Shown here piece by piece: positions 26,799 to 39,250 of a DNA stretch of 64,000 bases. Under the pieces are notes generated by a model that was not told the DNA's origin, searched no databases, and saw only the letters and a program-made list of their open reading frames with translations. The DNA is from Macrostomum lignano. Taxonomy: Eukaryota. The DNA lies in NCBI GenBank assembly GCA_002269645.1, contig NIVC01000037.1, positions 868,001-932,000 of the forward strand, in the 5' to 3' direction. Within the stretch, counting starts at the first letter, position 1. Every line of letters begins with the position of its first letter. The position numbers were made by a program, and so were the translations under genes.

Positions 26799-27349
26799 CT
26801 GCGGGCGAGTGAGCGGGACAATCTCCATCATAGTGAGTCTGACGGACTTTTAGGACATTCCAAATGATAAAAAAGTGTTCTTTTTAATAAAAGGTTCGCA
26901 ATCAAAACAGGATAGATCTACTGGGGTATTGTGAGACAGACTTTTAAGGATTCTACTCTCATCGCCACTACAAGTAGTTGACCAACCCTTACGAAAGGGT
27001 AGCGATAGGGTCAGATTGGTTCGAGTAGACTCCCACAGTCACAATCACTTGTTACGGCTGGGGTTAGGGTTAGGGTTGCACACCCAAAGCACCCATATTA
27101 TTCCCCGCGGTGAGTCCGAGGTTTATTGTCAGTTCTATCTATAGCAATGCACCACAGAATCGCGAAAGAAGTTCCTGATTAATCTGAAAATATGATGATC
27201 CACTCGCTTTCCATAAATAATGAACTGTGTTTTTTAGACTACGTTCTCCGGTCTGTCATAGACTAATTTTTTTCGAATAAGTTGTATAATATAATTAGTA
27301 GTCTACTTCCTAGGGTGACTATCAATAGTATGAAACGAGCATGGCTTAC

Positions 27350-27486
27350 CTGACGCTCAGTCAGATGCAGTTGGCAAGAAATTTCCCATCGTTTTTGCCG
27401 GGTGATGTAGGCGTTCATGAGGAACTCGCGCTCCAGCATGGCCGTCTGGTAGCGAGTGTACGGCTTGCGCTTCTTGCGGCTGCGCA
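27350..27486 (-). CDS. Post2: Posterior Hox Post2, homeobox exon (homeodomain residues 1-44)
   Basis: Acceptor cccccgcAG; [45 protein letters not shown]; donor CAG|GTAAGC at the classical homeodomain 44/45 position. KPYTRYQT and [12 protein letters not shown] are spiralian Post2 signatures (Post1 has YSKYQ and KPKRWELS). Confidence 0.95.
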
Positions 27487-27509
27487 CTGCGGGGGCGGCG
27501 GTGGGGGAG

Positions 27510-28260
27510 AATCAGGTGAGGCCGGGTGGGGAATCACGTGAGAAGGGGTGGGGAATCAGGTGAGAGCGGGTGGGGAATCACGTGAGAAGGGGTGGGGAAT
27601 CAGGTGAGAGCGGGTGGGGAATCACATGAGAAGGGGTGGGAATCAGGTGAGGGCAGGTGGGGAATCACGTGAGAAGGGGTGGGGAATCAGGTGAGAGCGG
27701 GTGGGGAATCATGTGAGAAGGGGTGGGAATCAGGTGAGAGCGGGTGGGGAATCAGGTGAGGGCGGGTGGGGAATCAGGCGAGAGCGGGTGGGGAATCAGG
27801 TGAGGGCGGGTGGGGAATCAGGTGAGGGCGGGTGGGGAATCACGTGAGAAGGGGTGGGGAATCAGGCGAGAGCGGGTGGGGAATCAGGTGAAGGCAGGTG
27901 GGGAATCAGGTAAAGGCGGGTGGGGAATCAGGTGAGGGCGGGTGGGGAATTGTGTGAATTGCAGGAGGATAATCAAGGGGAATTGCGGGAGGGGAATCAG
28001 GGGAATTGCGGGAGGATAATTAGGGGAATTGCGAGAGGATAATCAGGGTATTGCGGGAGGATAATCAGCAGGGGAAGTGCGGGAGGTGAATCAGGGGAAT
28101 TGCGGGACGTAAATCAGGTGAATTGCAGGAGGGGAATCAGGGGAATTGCGGGAGGTGAATCAAGCTAATTGCGGGAGGTGAATCAGGTGAATTGCGGGAG
28201 GTGAATCAGGGGAATTGCGAGGGGGATCACGTGAATTGCGGGAGAGGAATTGGGTGAATT
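27510..28260. repeat. Two adjacent G-rich minisatellites in the Post2 intron (ggggaatcaggtgagggcgggt; ggggaattgcgggaggtgaatca)
   Basis: Units of ~20-23 bp. Confidence 0.88.
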
Positions 28261-28667
28261 CTTCTTAATAAAAAACAGACGGACGAGTTGGCCTCTTTCC
28301 TCTAGGATAGGGTCTACAAACAGAAATTTTTGCAAAAAAGATTGCGCTAAAAGCCACACTTCCCCTTAGACAGTTTAGGATCAATTAGTAAAATGCGCAG
28401 ATTAACCATAAATTTTCTTTGATAATCATCAGACTCCGCGCAGACGCCAGTAGCAACTGTCAAAAGGCCAGCACGCTATTTCTTGTCTCTTGGCTTTTAA
28501 AAGGTGAGGCGCTCTCAGCAACAGGGCAGATGATCGGTCAAATTTGGGTAGCTGCCTGGAAGCTGCTAATGGATTTTTCGGTTTTTAAGTGCCGCTAAGA
28601 GAGCACAGGTGACCCCCATTGACCCCCCCCCCTCCGTGGACCCCGAAGCCCCGTGGGATGCACGTAC

Positions 28668-28842
28668 CGCCGGCTGCGGAGTCTGGATCAGCGAACTCGT
28701 CCAGCCGGGCAGCATCATCTCGTGCGGAGCAAACAGGTACGAGCCACCGCCGACGCCACCGCCAGCGCCGCCGACTCCGACGACACCTCCGCGAAGCTGC
28801 TGCTGCTGCTGCTGCTGCTGTTGTTGTTGCTGTTGTTGCTGA

Positions 28843-28874
<32 letters not shown>

Positions 28875-29447
28875 ATGATGATGACTGTGAACTGCTGCAG
28901 CGGCCGCGGCCCCATAGAAGTCGGTGGGCGAGTGCAGGCCGGGGCGGCCGTGCCCGAAGCTGTGCGGGAAGCCGCCGCCAGTGGCAGCGGCCATGTGGCT
29001 GAGGAGGCCCTGCGACTGGGCCGCCTGCATGAAGTCCGGCGGGCCCGGGTACGCGCACGGGATCGGCGTGCCGCACTTGCCGACGCCGCCTGAACCCGGA
29101 TGACCCGGCATGCCGCCGCCTCCGCCGCATCCGCCGTTCACCGCCTGGGCGCTGCCGTAGTGAACTCGCGGATCGTACGGCCACATGTTGGCCGCGGCCT
29201 GCAAAGCTCCGTACCCGCCGCCGCCGCCGACGCTCCCGCCGCTGCTGTTGCCGTCGCTGTTGCGGCCGTCTTGAGGAAGCGAGCCGACGCAGCCTCCACC
29301 GCCGCCGCCACCGCCGCCGCCGCCAGAGCCCGACATTGCAGCAGCTGCGGCTGCTGCTGAAACTGCGGGCCCAGCGATTGCGGCGTAGGACGGTAGGCGG
29401 GAGCCGGGCGGGAACAGCCCGCTGCCGCTGGTTTCCATGGATACCAT
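28668..29447 (-). CDS. Post2: Post2 first coding exon (low-complexity Gly/Ala/Gln/His-rich N-terminus)
   Basis: MVSMETSGSGLFPP...MWPYDPRVHYGS...poly-A, poly-G, poly-H/Q...EMMLPGWTSS, with a Trp near the end as in posterior Hox proteins. The best donor is GCG|GTACGT at 28667, but its phase does not match the next exon (see findings). Confidence 0.72.
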
Positions 29448-29509
29448 GCTGTGCTCACCTGATTTAAGAATATAATTACGGATTCGATTTTTTTAATGCT
29501 CGACCCGTT

Positions 29510-30168
29510 TTCCAGGCTATGACTCATTCTCCAATCTATGACTCATTCATTGAGCAATAACCCATTCTTTAGGCTATGACTCATTCTCCAATCTATGACC
29601 CGTCCTACAAGTTATGACCCATTCTCCAGGTTATGACCCTTTCTCCAAGTCATGACCCAGGCTATGATCCAGACTATGACCCATTCTCCAGGCTATGACC
29701 CATCCTTCAATCCATCTGTATGCTATGACCCATTCTTCAATCCATCTGTACGCTATGACCCATTCTTCAATCCATCTGTACGCTATGACCCATTCTTCAA
29801 TCCATCTGTATGCTATGACCCATTCTTCAATCCATCTGTACGCTATGACCCATTCTTCAATCCATCTGTACGCTATGACCCATTCTTCAATCCATCTGTA
29901 CGCTATGACCCATTCTTCAATCCATCTGTATGCTATGACCCATTCTTCAATCCATCTGTACGCTATGACCCATTCTTCAATCCATCTGTATGCTATGACC
30001 CATCCTTCAATCCATCTGTACGCTATGACCCATTCTTCAATCCATCTGTACGCTATGATCCATCCTTCAATCCATCTGTAAGCTATGACCCATTCTTCAA
30101 TCCATCTGTACGCTATGACCCATCCTTCAATCTATCTGTACGCTATGACCCATTCTTCAATCCATCTG
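29510..30168. repeat. Minisatellite, 30-bp unit tatgacccattcttcaatccatctgtacgc, just upstream of the Post2 ATG
   Basis: Tandem copies. Confidence 0.93.
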
Positions 30169-30799
30169 CTCATGCCAGCTGTCAAACCAGCGAGCAGTTT
30201 TGAGTGCAGAGCCAGAGCTGAAGTCAAACCCCAAACGGAGGGATTTCAAAAACTCCCCCCAATGCTCCATCCGATCCATCCCCAGGCCGGCCGGACCCTC
30301 CACTGCTCCCCAAGTCGGCAATAAAGTCGCAATTAATAATTGAGGAAAGGAGAGGGAGAGCGAGAGGCGGAGAGGAGAGCCGCTGGGCAGAGTAATAAAA
30401 ACTAACTTTTATCGCTTTTCAGTCAAACAAAAGAAGCAGCCATGAGGGCAAAAGGATGTAAAAAGCGAAAGGCGGATGAGGTGGATGGTATGGGAGATTT
30501 CTAAGGGGATATCGGCCGGGGCGGGGATCGCAATTCTGCTGTTGTTATAGGCTTGACCATCTGATGGGAGATTTTCTTTGGGATTTCAGCAGCGCTGTGT
30601 GCTGATTGGGAGCCACCTGACGGGGCATTAATTCGTAAGTAGGGGGATCTGAATGTCTAGCAGGGGATTGGGGCTGGTGCTAATTAGGGGGATATAAAAT
30701 TTGCCGAGCTAATTATTTTGTACTTGCTATCTAATCTGACTCGTTTGGAATTCAGTTTCTGTGCCGCGCTCCAGGGTATTTTTCGGGATCGGAATTTTT

Positions 30800-31860
30800 G
30801 AGATTGTGAAGCGTGGAGATTGTGAAGCTTAGGGGTTGTGAAGCTTGGGGATTGTGAAGCTTTGGGATTGTGAAGTTTGGGGATTGTGAAGCTTGGGGAT
30901 TGTGAAGCTTGGGGATTGTGAAGTTTGGGGATTGTGAAGCTTGAGGATTGTGAAGTTTCGGGATTGTGAAGTTTGGGGATTGTGAAGCTTGGGGATTGTG
31001 AAGCTTCGGGATTGTAAAGCTTGGGGATTGTGAAGTTTGGGGATTGTGAAGCTTGGGGATTGTGAAACTTGGGGATTGTGAAGCTTGGGGATTGTGAAGC
31101 TTGGGGATTGTGAAGCTTGGGGATTGTGAAGCTTGGGGATTGTGAAGCTTCGGGATTGTGAAGCTTGGGGATTGTGAAGCTTTGGGATTGTGAAGCTTGG
31201 GGATTGTGAAGCTTGGGGATCGTGAAGCTTGGGGATTGTGAAGCTTGGGGATTGTGAAGCTTGGGGATTGTGAAGCTTGGGGATTGTGAAGCTTGGAGAT
31301 TGTGAAGCTTGGGGATTGTGAAGCTTGGGGATTGTGAAGCTTGGGGATTGTGAAGCTTGGGGATTGTGAAGCTTGGGGATTGTGAAGCTTGAGGATTGTG
31401 AAGCTTGGGGATTGTGAAGCTTGAGGATTGTGAAGCTTGGGGATTGTGAAGCGTGGAGATTGTGAAGCTTGGGGATTGTGAAGCTTGGGGATTGTGAAGC
31501 TTGGGGATTGTGAAGCTTGAGGATTGTGAAGCTTGGGGATTGTGAAGCTTGGGGATTGTGAAGTTTAGGGGATTGTGAAGCTTGGAGATTGTGAAGCTTG
31601 AGGATTGTGAAGTTTGGGGATTGTGAAGCTTGGGGATTGTGAAGCTTGAGGATTGTGAATCTTGGGGATTGTGAATCTTGAGGATTGTGAAGTTTGGGGA
31701 TTGTGAATTTTGGGGATTGTGAAGTTTGGGGATTGTGAAGCTTAGGGATTGTGAAGCTTGGGGATTGTGAAGCTTGGGGATTGTGAAGCTTGGGGATTGT
31801 GAAGCTTGGGATTGTGAAGTTTCGGGATTGTGAAGTTTCGGGGTCGTCAAGTTTCGGGAT
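30800..31860. repeat. Minisatellite, ~15-bp unit ttgtgaagcttgggga
   Basis: Tandem copies. Confidence 0.93.
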
Positions 31861-31871
31861 TGGGAAATTGG

Positions 31872-32293
31872 GTATTTAGAGCTTGTGTATTTAGAGCTTG
31901 GGTATTTAGAGCTTGTGTATTTAGAGCTTGGGTATTTAGAGCTTGGGTATTTAGAGCTTGGGTATTTAGAGCTTGGGTATTTAGAGCTTGGGTATTTAGA
32001 GCTTGGGTATTTAGAGCTTGGGTATTTAGAGCTTGGGTATTTAGAGCTTGGGTATTTAGAGCTTGGGTATTTAGAGCTTGGGTATTTAGAGCTTGGGTAT
32101 TTAGAGCTTGGGTATTTAGAGCTTGGGTATTTAGAGCTTGGGTATTTAGAGCTTGGGTATTTAGAGCTTGGGTATTTAGAGCTTGGGTATTTAGAGCTTG
32201 GGTATTTAGAGCTTGGGTATTTAGAGCTTGGGTATTTAGAGCTTGGGTATTTAGAGCTTGGGTATTTAGAGCTTGGGTATTTAGAGCTTGGGT
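31872..32293. repeat. Minisatellite, 15-bp unit tatttagagcttggg
   Basis: Homogeneous; abuts the previous array and shares agcttggg with it. Confidence 0.95.
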
Positions 32294-32814
32294 AGGCTAG
32301 AGCTGGAGTAGTTACAACCTAGTCAACCATTACGGTCTCAGTTTAGGTTTCAGGCGCAGAGGTCAGAGTGGGGGCACAAGTGTACCTACAGAAATTGTCA
32401 ATCGTAAATTATTCTATTCTGAAACAGTCACTGGGTGGTGGCACAATACAAATCAACTCTGATGGCTTTTATTGCTAATCAAGCCAACCAGTCCTGTGGG
32501 CCCCCCTTTCGCCTATCGATATCTCTGTAGTCAGGTGGGTGCTGTTTCGGTTAACAATTGAAATTCCGCACGTTGGCAACAAGGGCTTGTAAATCATGGC
32601 TGAGCAACTGAGCCAACATTTATATAGCGGCTGCAAGAATTCTGCCTGTGCGGATGGCTAACTTCGGCGGCAATAGGAACTGCAGGCTCGCTTCAGTGGA
32701 GGTGTCGGCTTGGAGACTAAACACACACCTGGGTCATTGACCCCCCATAGATCGAGGCGACATGACTACTGCTGTGCCTAACGTCATTTAAACTTGCGGT
32801 AGATAAATACAGAT

Positions 32815-33202
<388 letters not shown>

Positions 33203-34107
33203 TCCATCCAAGTCATGGATGGAAGACATCTTTGCACTTGTCCCAGAAGTCAGGCCATGCAATTTGCTCCCCATTTTCCCCTCCTCGCCCCTTGGGAGGC
33301 AGCGGGTATCCCCAACTGACCGACAGAGCGCTTGTAAATTTATTTATAAGCGGAGTGAGATTTCGTATACTCCCTTCGGCTTTTAGGAAATGAGAGATTT
33401 TATTTCGCAATTGAATTCCAGAGGGACACAGTGGCTTGCTGGTGTGAGCTGTGAACTGGGGCGGCAAAGGGAGGGTTGGTCTTCTGAATGCCTCTAGCTC
33501 CATCCTCTGACCCTCAGGGAGTGACAATAGGGACAGGGAGTGACAGTGACAGTAGTAGTGACAGTACTCTCAGTCTGCCGAGAGCTCCCATCCTCTGACC
33601 TGAGGGAGTGACATTCTGCCGAGAGCTCCCATCCTCTGACCTGAGGGAGTGACATTCTCCTAAAATTGCTCCTATAGAAGCAGGCTAGCAAGATATGAAG
33701 CCATAGAGAGTCTTGCTAGGGGCGCAAAAGCAGCTGGATTCGCCGACTTGCTTCTATTTTTATTATTGCTGGCTTTTTAGGCTCACATTTTACTGGCCGC
33801 CGCTGCTTCCGGCGCTACTGACAATCCGACAAACCTCTTGGAACATTCTCTACACTTGCAGCAAATCTTCTTTTCTTCATAGCTAAACAGACAGGGGCGG
33901 GCGCTGCCCCCTTGTTATGCCCGAGACGGGAGGCCTCCCCTATGCTTTATGGCTCAGCGCCGCGATACAGCGAGTGGTTGGGGGAGCGGAGCGCCATAAA
34001 CTCGGATCATTTCAAATTCCTCCTGCATTTTTCCTTTTTCGCGCTTCTTTTTTCTTTTTGGGCATTTGCTTTTAGTCTGCTTGTCTGTTCTCCTGTCTGC
34101 CTGCCTG

Positions 34108-34202
34108 TCAGTCAGTCAGTCAGTCAGTCAGTCAGTCAGTCAGTCAGTCAGTCAGTCAGTCAGTCAGTCAGTCAGTCAGTCAGTCAGTCAGTCAGTCAGT
34201 CA

Positions 34203-34253
<51 letters not shown>

Positions 34254-34590
34254 AGTCAGTCAGTCAGTCAGTCAGTCAGTCAGTCAGTCAGTCAGTCAGT
34301 CAGTCAGTCAGTCAGTCAGTCAGTCAGTCAGTCAGTCAGTCAGTCAGTCAGTCAGTCAGTCAGTCAGTCAGTCAGTCAGTCAGTCAGTCAGTCAGTCAGT
34401 CAGTCAGTCAGTCAGTCAGTCAGTCAGTCAGTCAGTCAGTCAGTCAGTCAGTCAGTCAGTCAGTCAGTCAGTCAGTCAGTCAGTCAGTCAGTCAGTCAGT
34501 CAGTCAGTCAGTCAGTCAGTCAGTCAGTCAGTCAGTCAGTCAGTCAGTCAGTCAGTCAGTCAGTCAGTCAGTCAGTCACCCACTCACTTA

Positions 34591-34638
<48 letters not shown>

Positions 34639-34747
34639 AGTCAGTCAGTCAGTCAGTCAGTCAGTCAGTCAGTCAGTCAGTCAGTCAGTCAGTCAGTCAG
34701 TCAGTCAGTCAGTCAGTCAGTCAGTCAGTCAGTCACCCACTCACTCA

Positions 34748-34791
<44 letters not shown>

Positions 34792-34968
34792 AGTCAGTCA
34801 GTCAGTCAGTCAGTCAGTCAGTCAGTCAGTCAGTCAGTCAGTCAGTCAGTCAGTCAGTCAGTCAGTCAGTCAGTCAGTCAGTCAGTCAGTCAGTCAGTCA
34901 GTCAGTCAGTCAGTCAGTCAGTCAGTCAGTCAGTCAGTCAGTCAGTCAGTCAGTCAGTCAGTCAGTCA

Positions 34969-35007
<39 letters not shown>

Positions 35008-35020
35008 GGTCTGTCTGTCT
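34108..35020. repeat. (CAGT)n/(CTGT)n microsatellite
   Basis: Mostly pure run with a few interruptions. Confidence 0.97.
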
Positions 35021-36149
35021 GTCTGTCCTCTCTAACTTCTGTTTGTTAATCTTTTCCCTCTTCTCGCAAAGAAGTAGCACCTAAAACAGCAAGCACAATT
35101 AATCAAAGCAATCGCTCACCTGTTCACTCAGAGATGGTGTCAGTCAGTAAGCTTCAGTAAGGACAGACTGCTTGCAGTTTGTTGCAAGAAACTTTGCTCG
35201 GGAAATCTGCGACAAAAGATGGTAGTGTAGTCACTTGAATTAGCAGATGCTCCGTAACGCTGCCCCCTCATGCTGCAGTCATTCCTACAACTGGGACAGG
35301 CAGAGCCTGGCTAATTAAACTCTAAATTTATCTGTTATACACAAGCTGCTGCTGCTGCTGATGTGTGGATGTTTTTACACAGAAAACAATACCTTAGTTG
35401 AGCATAAGCAAGCAGTTGGGAAGCGGGCATCAAGATATCCAATAAAGCGCTAGAAACAGTCTGCTTGGGAAAGTGGGAAGGGCAGAGGCACAGAGGAGCG
35501 GGGGGAGAATGAGGTGGGGCTTAGCCAATTGGAGAGTTAAAAAACTTCGGGGTTAGGGTTGTGCAAGGCTAGACAATGAATGAGCAAGCAGCAGCATGCG
35601 TACACGCCCGTCCTTTGATCTTTGCCGCCACATTCTGGCATGCAGAGGGCCAGAAGGGTGTGATTGCGCCCCGTCCGTGCACCCATATTGGAGCGGGCAA
35701 AGTGTAAAACATTGCACTGCCCAACTGGTTAAACCTACGAGCTAACAACCCTCCAAAAAGCCTACTAGAATTACTAGTACTACTCGCTATTATACTACTG
35801 TAGGGATAGGCCTGCAGCAGCTGGGGGTGCTGGCCACCCACACCCATAGGCAAACCCAGTTTACTGCAGTCGAGGCTCACCCACCATGTAACTTGTAATA
35901 AAACAACTAAACATGACCCACAGAGTGAATTCATTGCTATTTTTTTCGATATTTTAGATTTTCTATGAACACTCAGACTGCATTAATTTGGCACGGGAAA
36001 CCATCTTGATGTTTGGTCTCACACCTGCCAGTGCCCAGTCCCCTGAATTCGCACATCATTTGCTCCTGAGAGCTCAGGTTTACAACTTAGAATTATCCAA
36101 ATAATGAGTATAGTTTTCTACAGTCGGGAATGAAATTTGCGCTAATGTT

Positions 36150-36410
36150 TTACACTCATTTTAGCACTCATTTCTGGCACCAACTCAACACTTTTTTATG
36201 GCGCCAATTTAGCACTTATTTCTGGCGCCAATTTAACACACATATCTGGCGCCAATTTAGCACTCATTTCCGACGCCAATTTAGCGCCCAATTCTGGCGC
36301 CAATTTAACGCCCAATTCTGGCGCCAATTTAACACACGTTTCTGGCGCCAATTTAACACTCATTTCTGGCGCCAATTCAACACTCATTTCTGGCGCCAAT
36401 TTAGCAATAA
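36150..36410. repeat. Minisatellite, 24-bp unit aatttagcactcatttctggcgcc
   Basis: About 10 degenerate copies. Confidence 0.88.
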
Positions 36411-36924
36411 TTTTAGGAGCGAATCAAAATTTAGCAATAATTTCAGATTTATTTATTCTTTAGTATAGCCTTTTAAAACATGCATTTTTCGCAACTTTCG
36501 AAAAGTCTATAGGACAGAGCATCTGCCATCGTAGCGGTGTCCATCGGTATGCACTCGCGATGCAGCTGCAAGCAGCTGGGGAAAAGAGGATTGTCCATCT
36601 GCTTCCGCGGCTGCATGGATGCATGCGGGGAACAGAGATTTTCTTAGGATCCCAGATCCCGGCCCCAGAGTTGGAATATCTATCTTTCATCTGGGCCCCT
36701 CCAACAATAAGAGGCTGCATGGACAACTAAACTAGATTTGTTGGCTGGTTTGAAACATTTTCATGTCGCCTTTGAAAACCTGTTAGTCCTGTGATCCCCT
36801 ATTCCTCTTGAGTGGTTGAATTCGTTAAGAAAGTTATTAGAAAATGACGCACCTCATGCGGCATTATATGATGACAGAAAATTGAAGACTTTGGGTATAG
36901 TTCAAAACTTCTTTTGGAACTGAG

Positions 36925-37455
36925 AGATGCCATTTTGATCTGAAAGGTGTCATTTCAGGTCTGAGAGGTGCCATTTTTGGCTCTGGGAAGTGCCATTTTT
37001 AACCTGAGATGCCATTTTAGATCTGAGTGGTGCCATTTTGATCTGAAAGGTGCCATTTTTAAATTCATATTGCTATTTGAATCTGAAAGGTGCCATTTTG
37101 AATCTGGGAGGTGCCACTTTTAATCTGAGAGGTGTCATTTTTAATTTCATGTTGCCATTTGAATCTGAGAGGTGCCATTTTGAATCTGAGAATGAGTGCC
37201 ATTTTAGATCTTAGTGGTGCCATTTTGGATCTGAGAGGTGCCATTTTGGATCTGAGAGGTGCCATTTTTAACCTGAGAGGTGCCATTTTGGATCTGAGAG
37301 GTGCCATTTAAGATTTGAGTGGTGCCATTTTGGATCTGAGAGGTGCCATTTAAGATTTGAGTGGTGCCATTTTGGATCTGAGAGGTGCCATTTAAGATTT
37401 GAGTGGTGCCATTTTGGATCTGAGAGGTGCCATTTTGGATCTGAGGTATGCCATT
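36925..37455. repeat. Minisatellite, 21-bp unit tctgagaggtgccattttgga
   Basis: Tandem copies, most containing GCCATTT(T). Confidence 0.9.
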
Positions 37456-38694
37456 TTTGTCGTGTGGAGCCACTTTGTATTTGGTTATTAATGCCAACTT
37501 GATTCTATTTTGGATCTAACAAGAGCAAGAACTAAAACTACACGGTATTCTATGGGACGCATGACATTAGCGCGCATTATTTAACTACTCTCAGTGACAC
37601 AAGCGCGCATCTTAAATGCATGAGTACGATGAATACCTGGAACCACGAAGCGGAGCCTCGACATAAGGAGTTGCTGCAACTTAAATTGCGACTGAAGAGA
37701 CGGTCTGAGGAGCTAGAGCAGCGCCGGTCTGAAGGATGATTTTGAATTGCAGACTGCGCATCTGCTTCCATGGCGACCATGGGATCGGGTTTGCGGAAGT
37801 CGAAAGTATACATTGCATCGACAGAGTCGCAGAATCCTCACACCGCTGCTTGAGGACGCCAATGGCCCCTTACAAACGAGGTTACTCTCGATACCCCGGA
37901 GAGGTTCTGAATTAGGCATTGAAGGTGTCAATGTGCTCCAAGGACCAGTGGCCACCCCAGATGGTGAGGTGACTGCCGTCAGAATTGTCTGCGCGTTTGT
38001 GTCCATGCCGTGTTTGCGTGCTTATGTCAAATATTGTAAAAACATACACATGCGCGCTAATGTCACGCGCGCTTATTCCATAGTCTATCTCAGCTGAACT
38101 GCGTTAATTCGCACTCTGTCACACTTCATTCATCAAGCAGCAACTCCGTCTGCAGAGAGGGGAGGCCATGAATATGGATGCCAAGGTCTTGCGAGCTTGA
38201 AGTTTTGTTTAAACAAAAACTCGCGCTTACACGAACCAGTGCGCAAGTTGCGCTCCCGCGAAATATAAAGAGGCCTTATTCACAGATGCGGATTGAGAGT
38301 GCGCAGATTATGAAATCAGCAGCTTCACTTGCAACTGCGGGTTACAAACGTGGTTATATTGTCAACAAAAAACTTGCAAAACTGATCTGAAATTGGGATT
38401 TTTATACGAGGGGGGGCCTCTTCACTTAATCCTGTTCTCCCATATAAATAGGCCAAATCTTGATCGCTTTGTTGAATTTAGTTTGCCAGGGTTTATGGCA
38501 CCTCACATGGCAACTAATTATAACAATGCTGCTATATACTGCTGCTGCACTGACTTTGATTCTGGTCTGCTGCTGCTGCTGCAGTTAAAGGTAACTATGC
38601 AGTTATCTGCTGTGCGAATCTTGACCTGCTTTTTGTACATGCCGGTTAAAATACTTGAACAGAATAAAGAACCCAATGCCGACCTTCCACTTGA

Positions 38695-39250
38695 GTCTCT
38701 GACGCTTAACCCCAGTGGTTGTTGCTTAAGTCTCTGACGCTTAACCTCAGTGGTTGTTGCTTAAGTCTCTGACGCTTAACCCCAATGGTTGTTGCTTAAG
38801 TCTCTGGCGCTTAACCCCAGTGGTTGTTGCTTAAGTCTCTGACGCTTAACCCCAGTGGTTGTTGCTTAAGTCTCTGACGCTTAACCTCAGTGGTTGTTGC
38901 TTAAGTCTCTGACGCTTAACCTCAATGGTTGTTGCTTAAGTCTCTGGCGCTTAACCTCAATGGTTGTTGCTTAAGTTTCTGACGCTTAACCTCAGTGGTT
39001 GTTGCTTAAGTCTCTGGCGCTTAACCTCAGTGGTTGTTGCTTAAGTCTCTGACGCTTAACCTCAGTGGTTGTTGCTTAAGTCTCTGGCGCTTAACCCCAA
39101 TGGTTGTTGCTTAAGTCTCTGACGCTTAACCCCAATGGTTGTTGCTTAAGTCTCTGGCGCTTAACCTCAATGGTTGTTGCTTAAGTATCTGGCGCTTAAC
39201 CTCAATGGTTGTTGCTTAAGTCTCTGGCGCTTAACCTCAATGGTTGTTGC
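38695..39250. repeat. Minisatellite, 35-bp unit gtctctgacgcttaacctcagtggttgttgcttaa
   Basis: About 15-16 copies. Confidence 0.95.

Noticed and set aside
27061-27076. GGGTTAGGGTTAGGGTT telomere-like motif
   Set aside because: Only about two units, which is not an interstitial telomere.
29138-29527. WYPWKP hexapeptide-like motif in an ORF overlapping the Post2 start
   Set aside because: It is in an alternate frame over the ATG region, and posterior Hox proteins lack YPWM.
37620-38097. Short coiled-coil-like ORF and neighbouring ORFs
   Set aside because: They are fragmentary with multiple stops and belong to no recognisable family.
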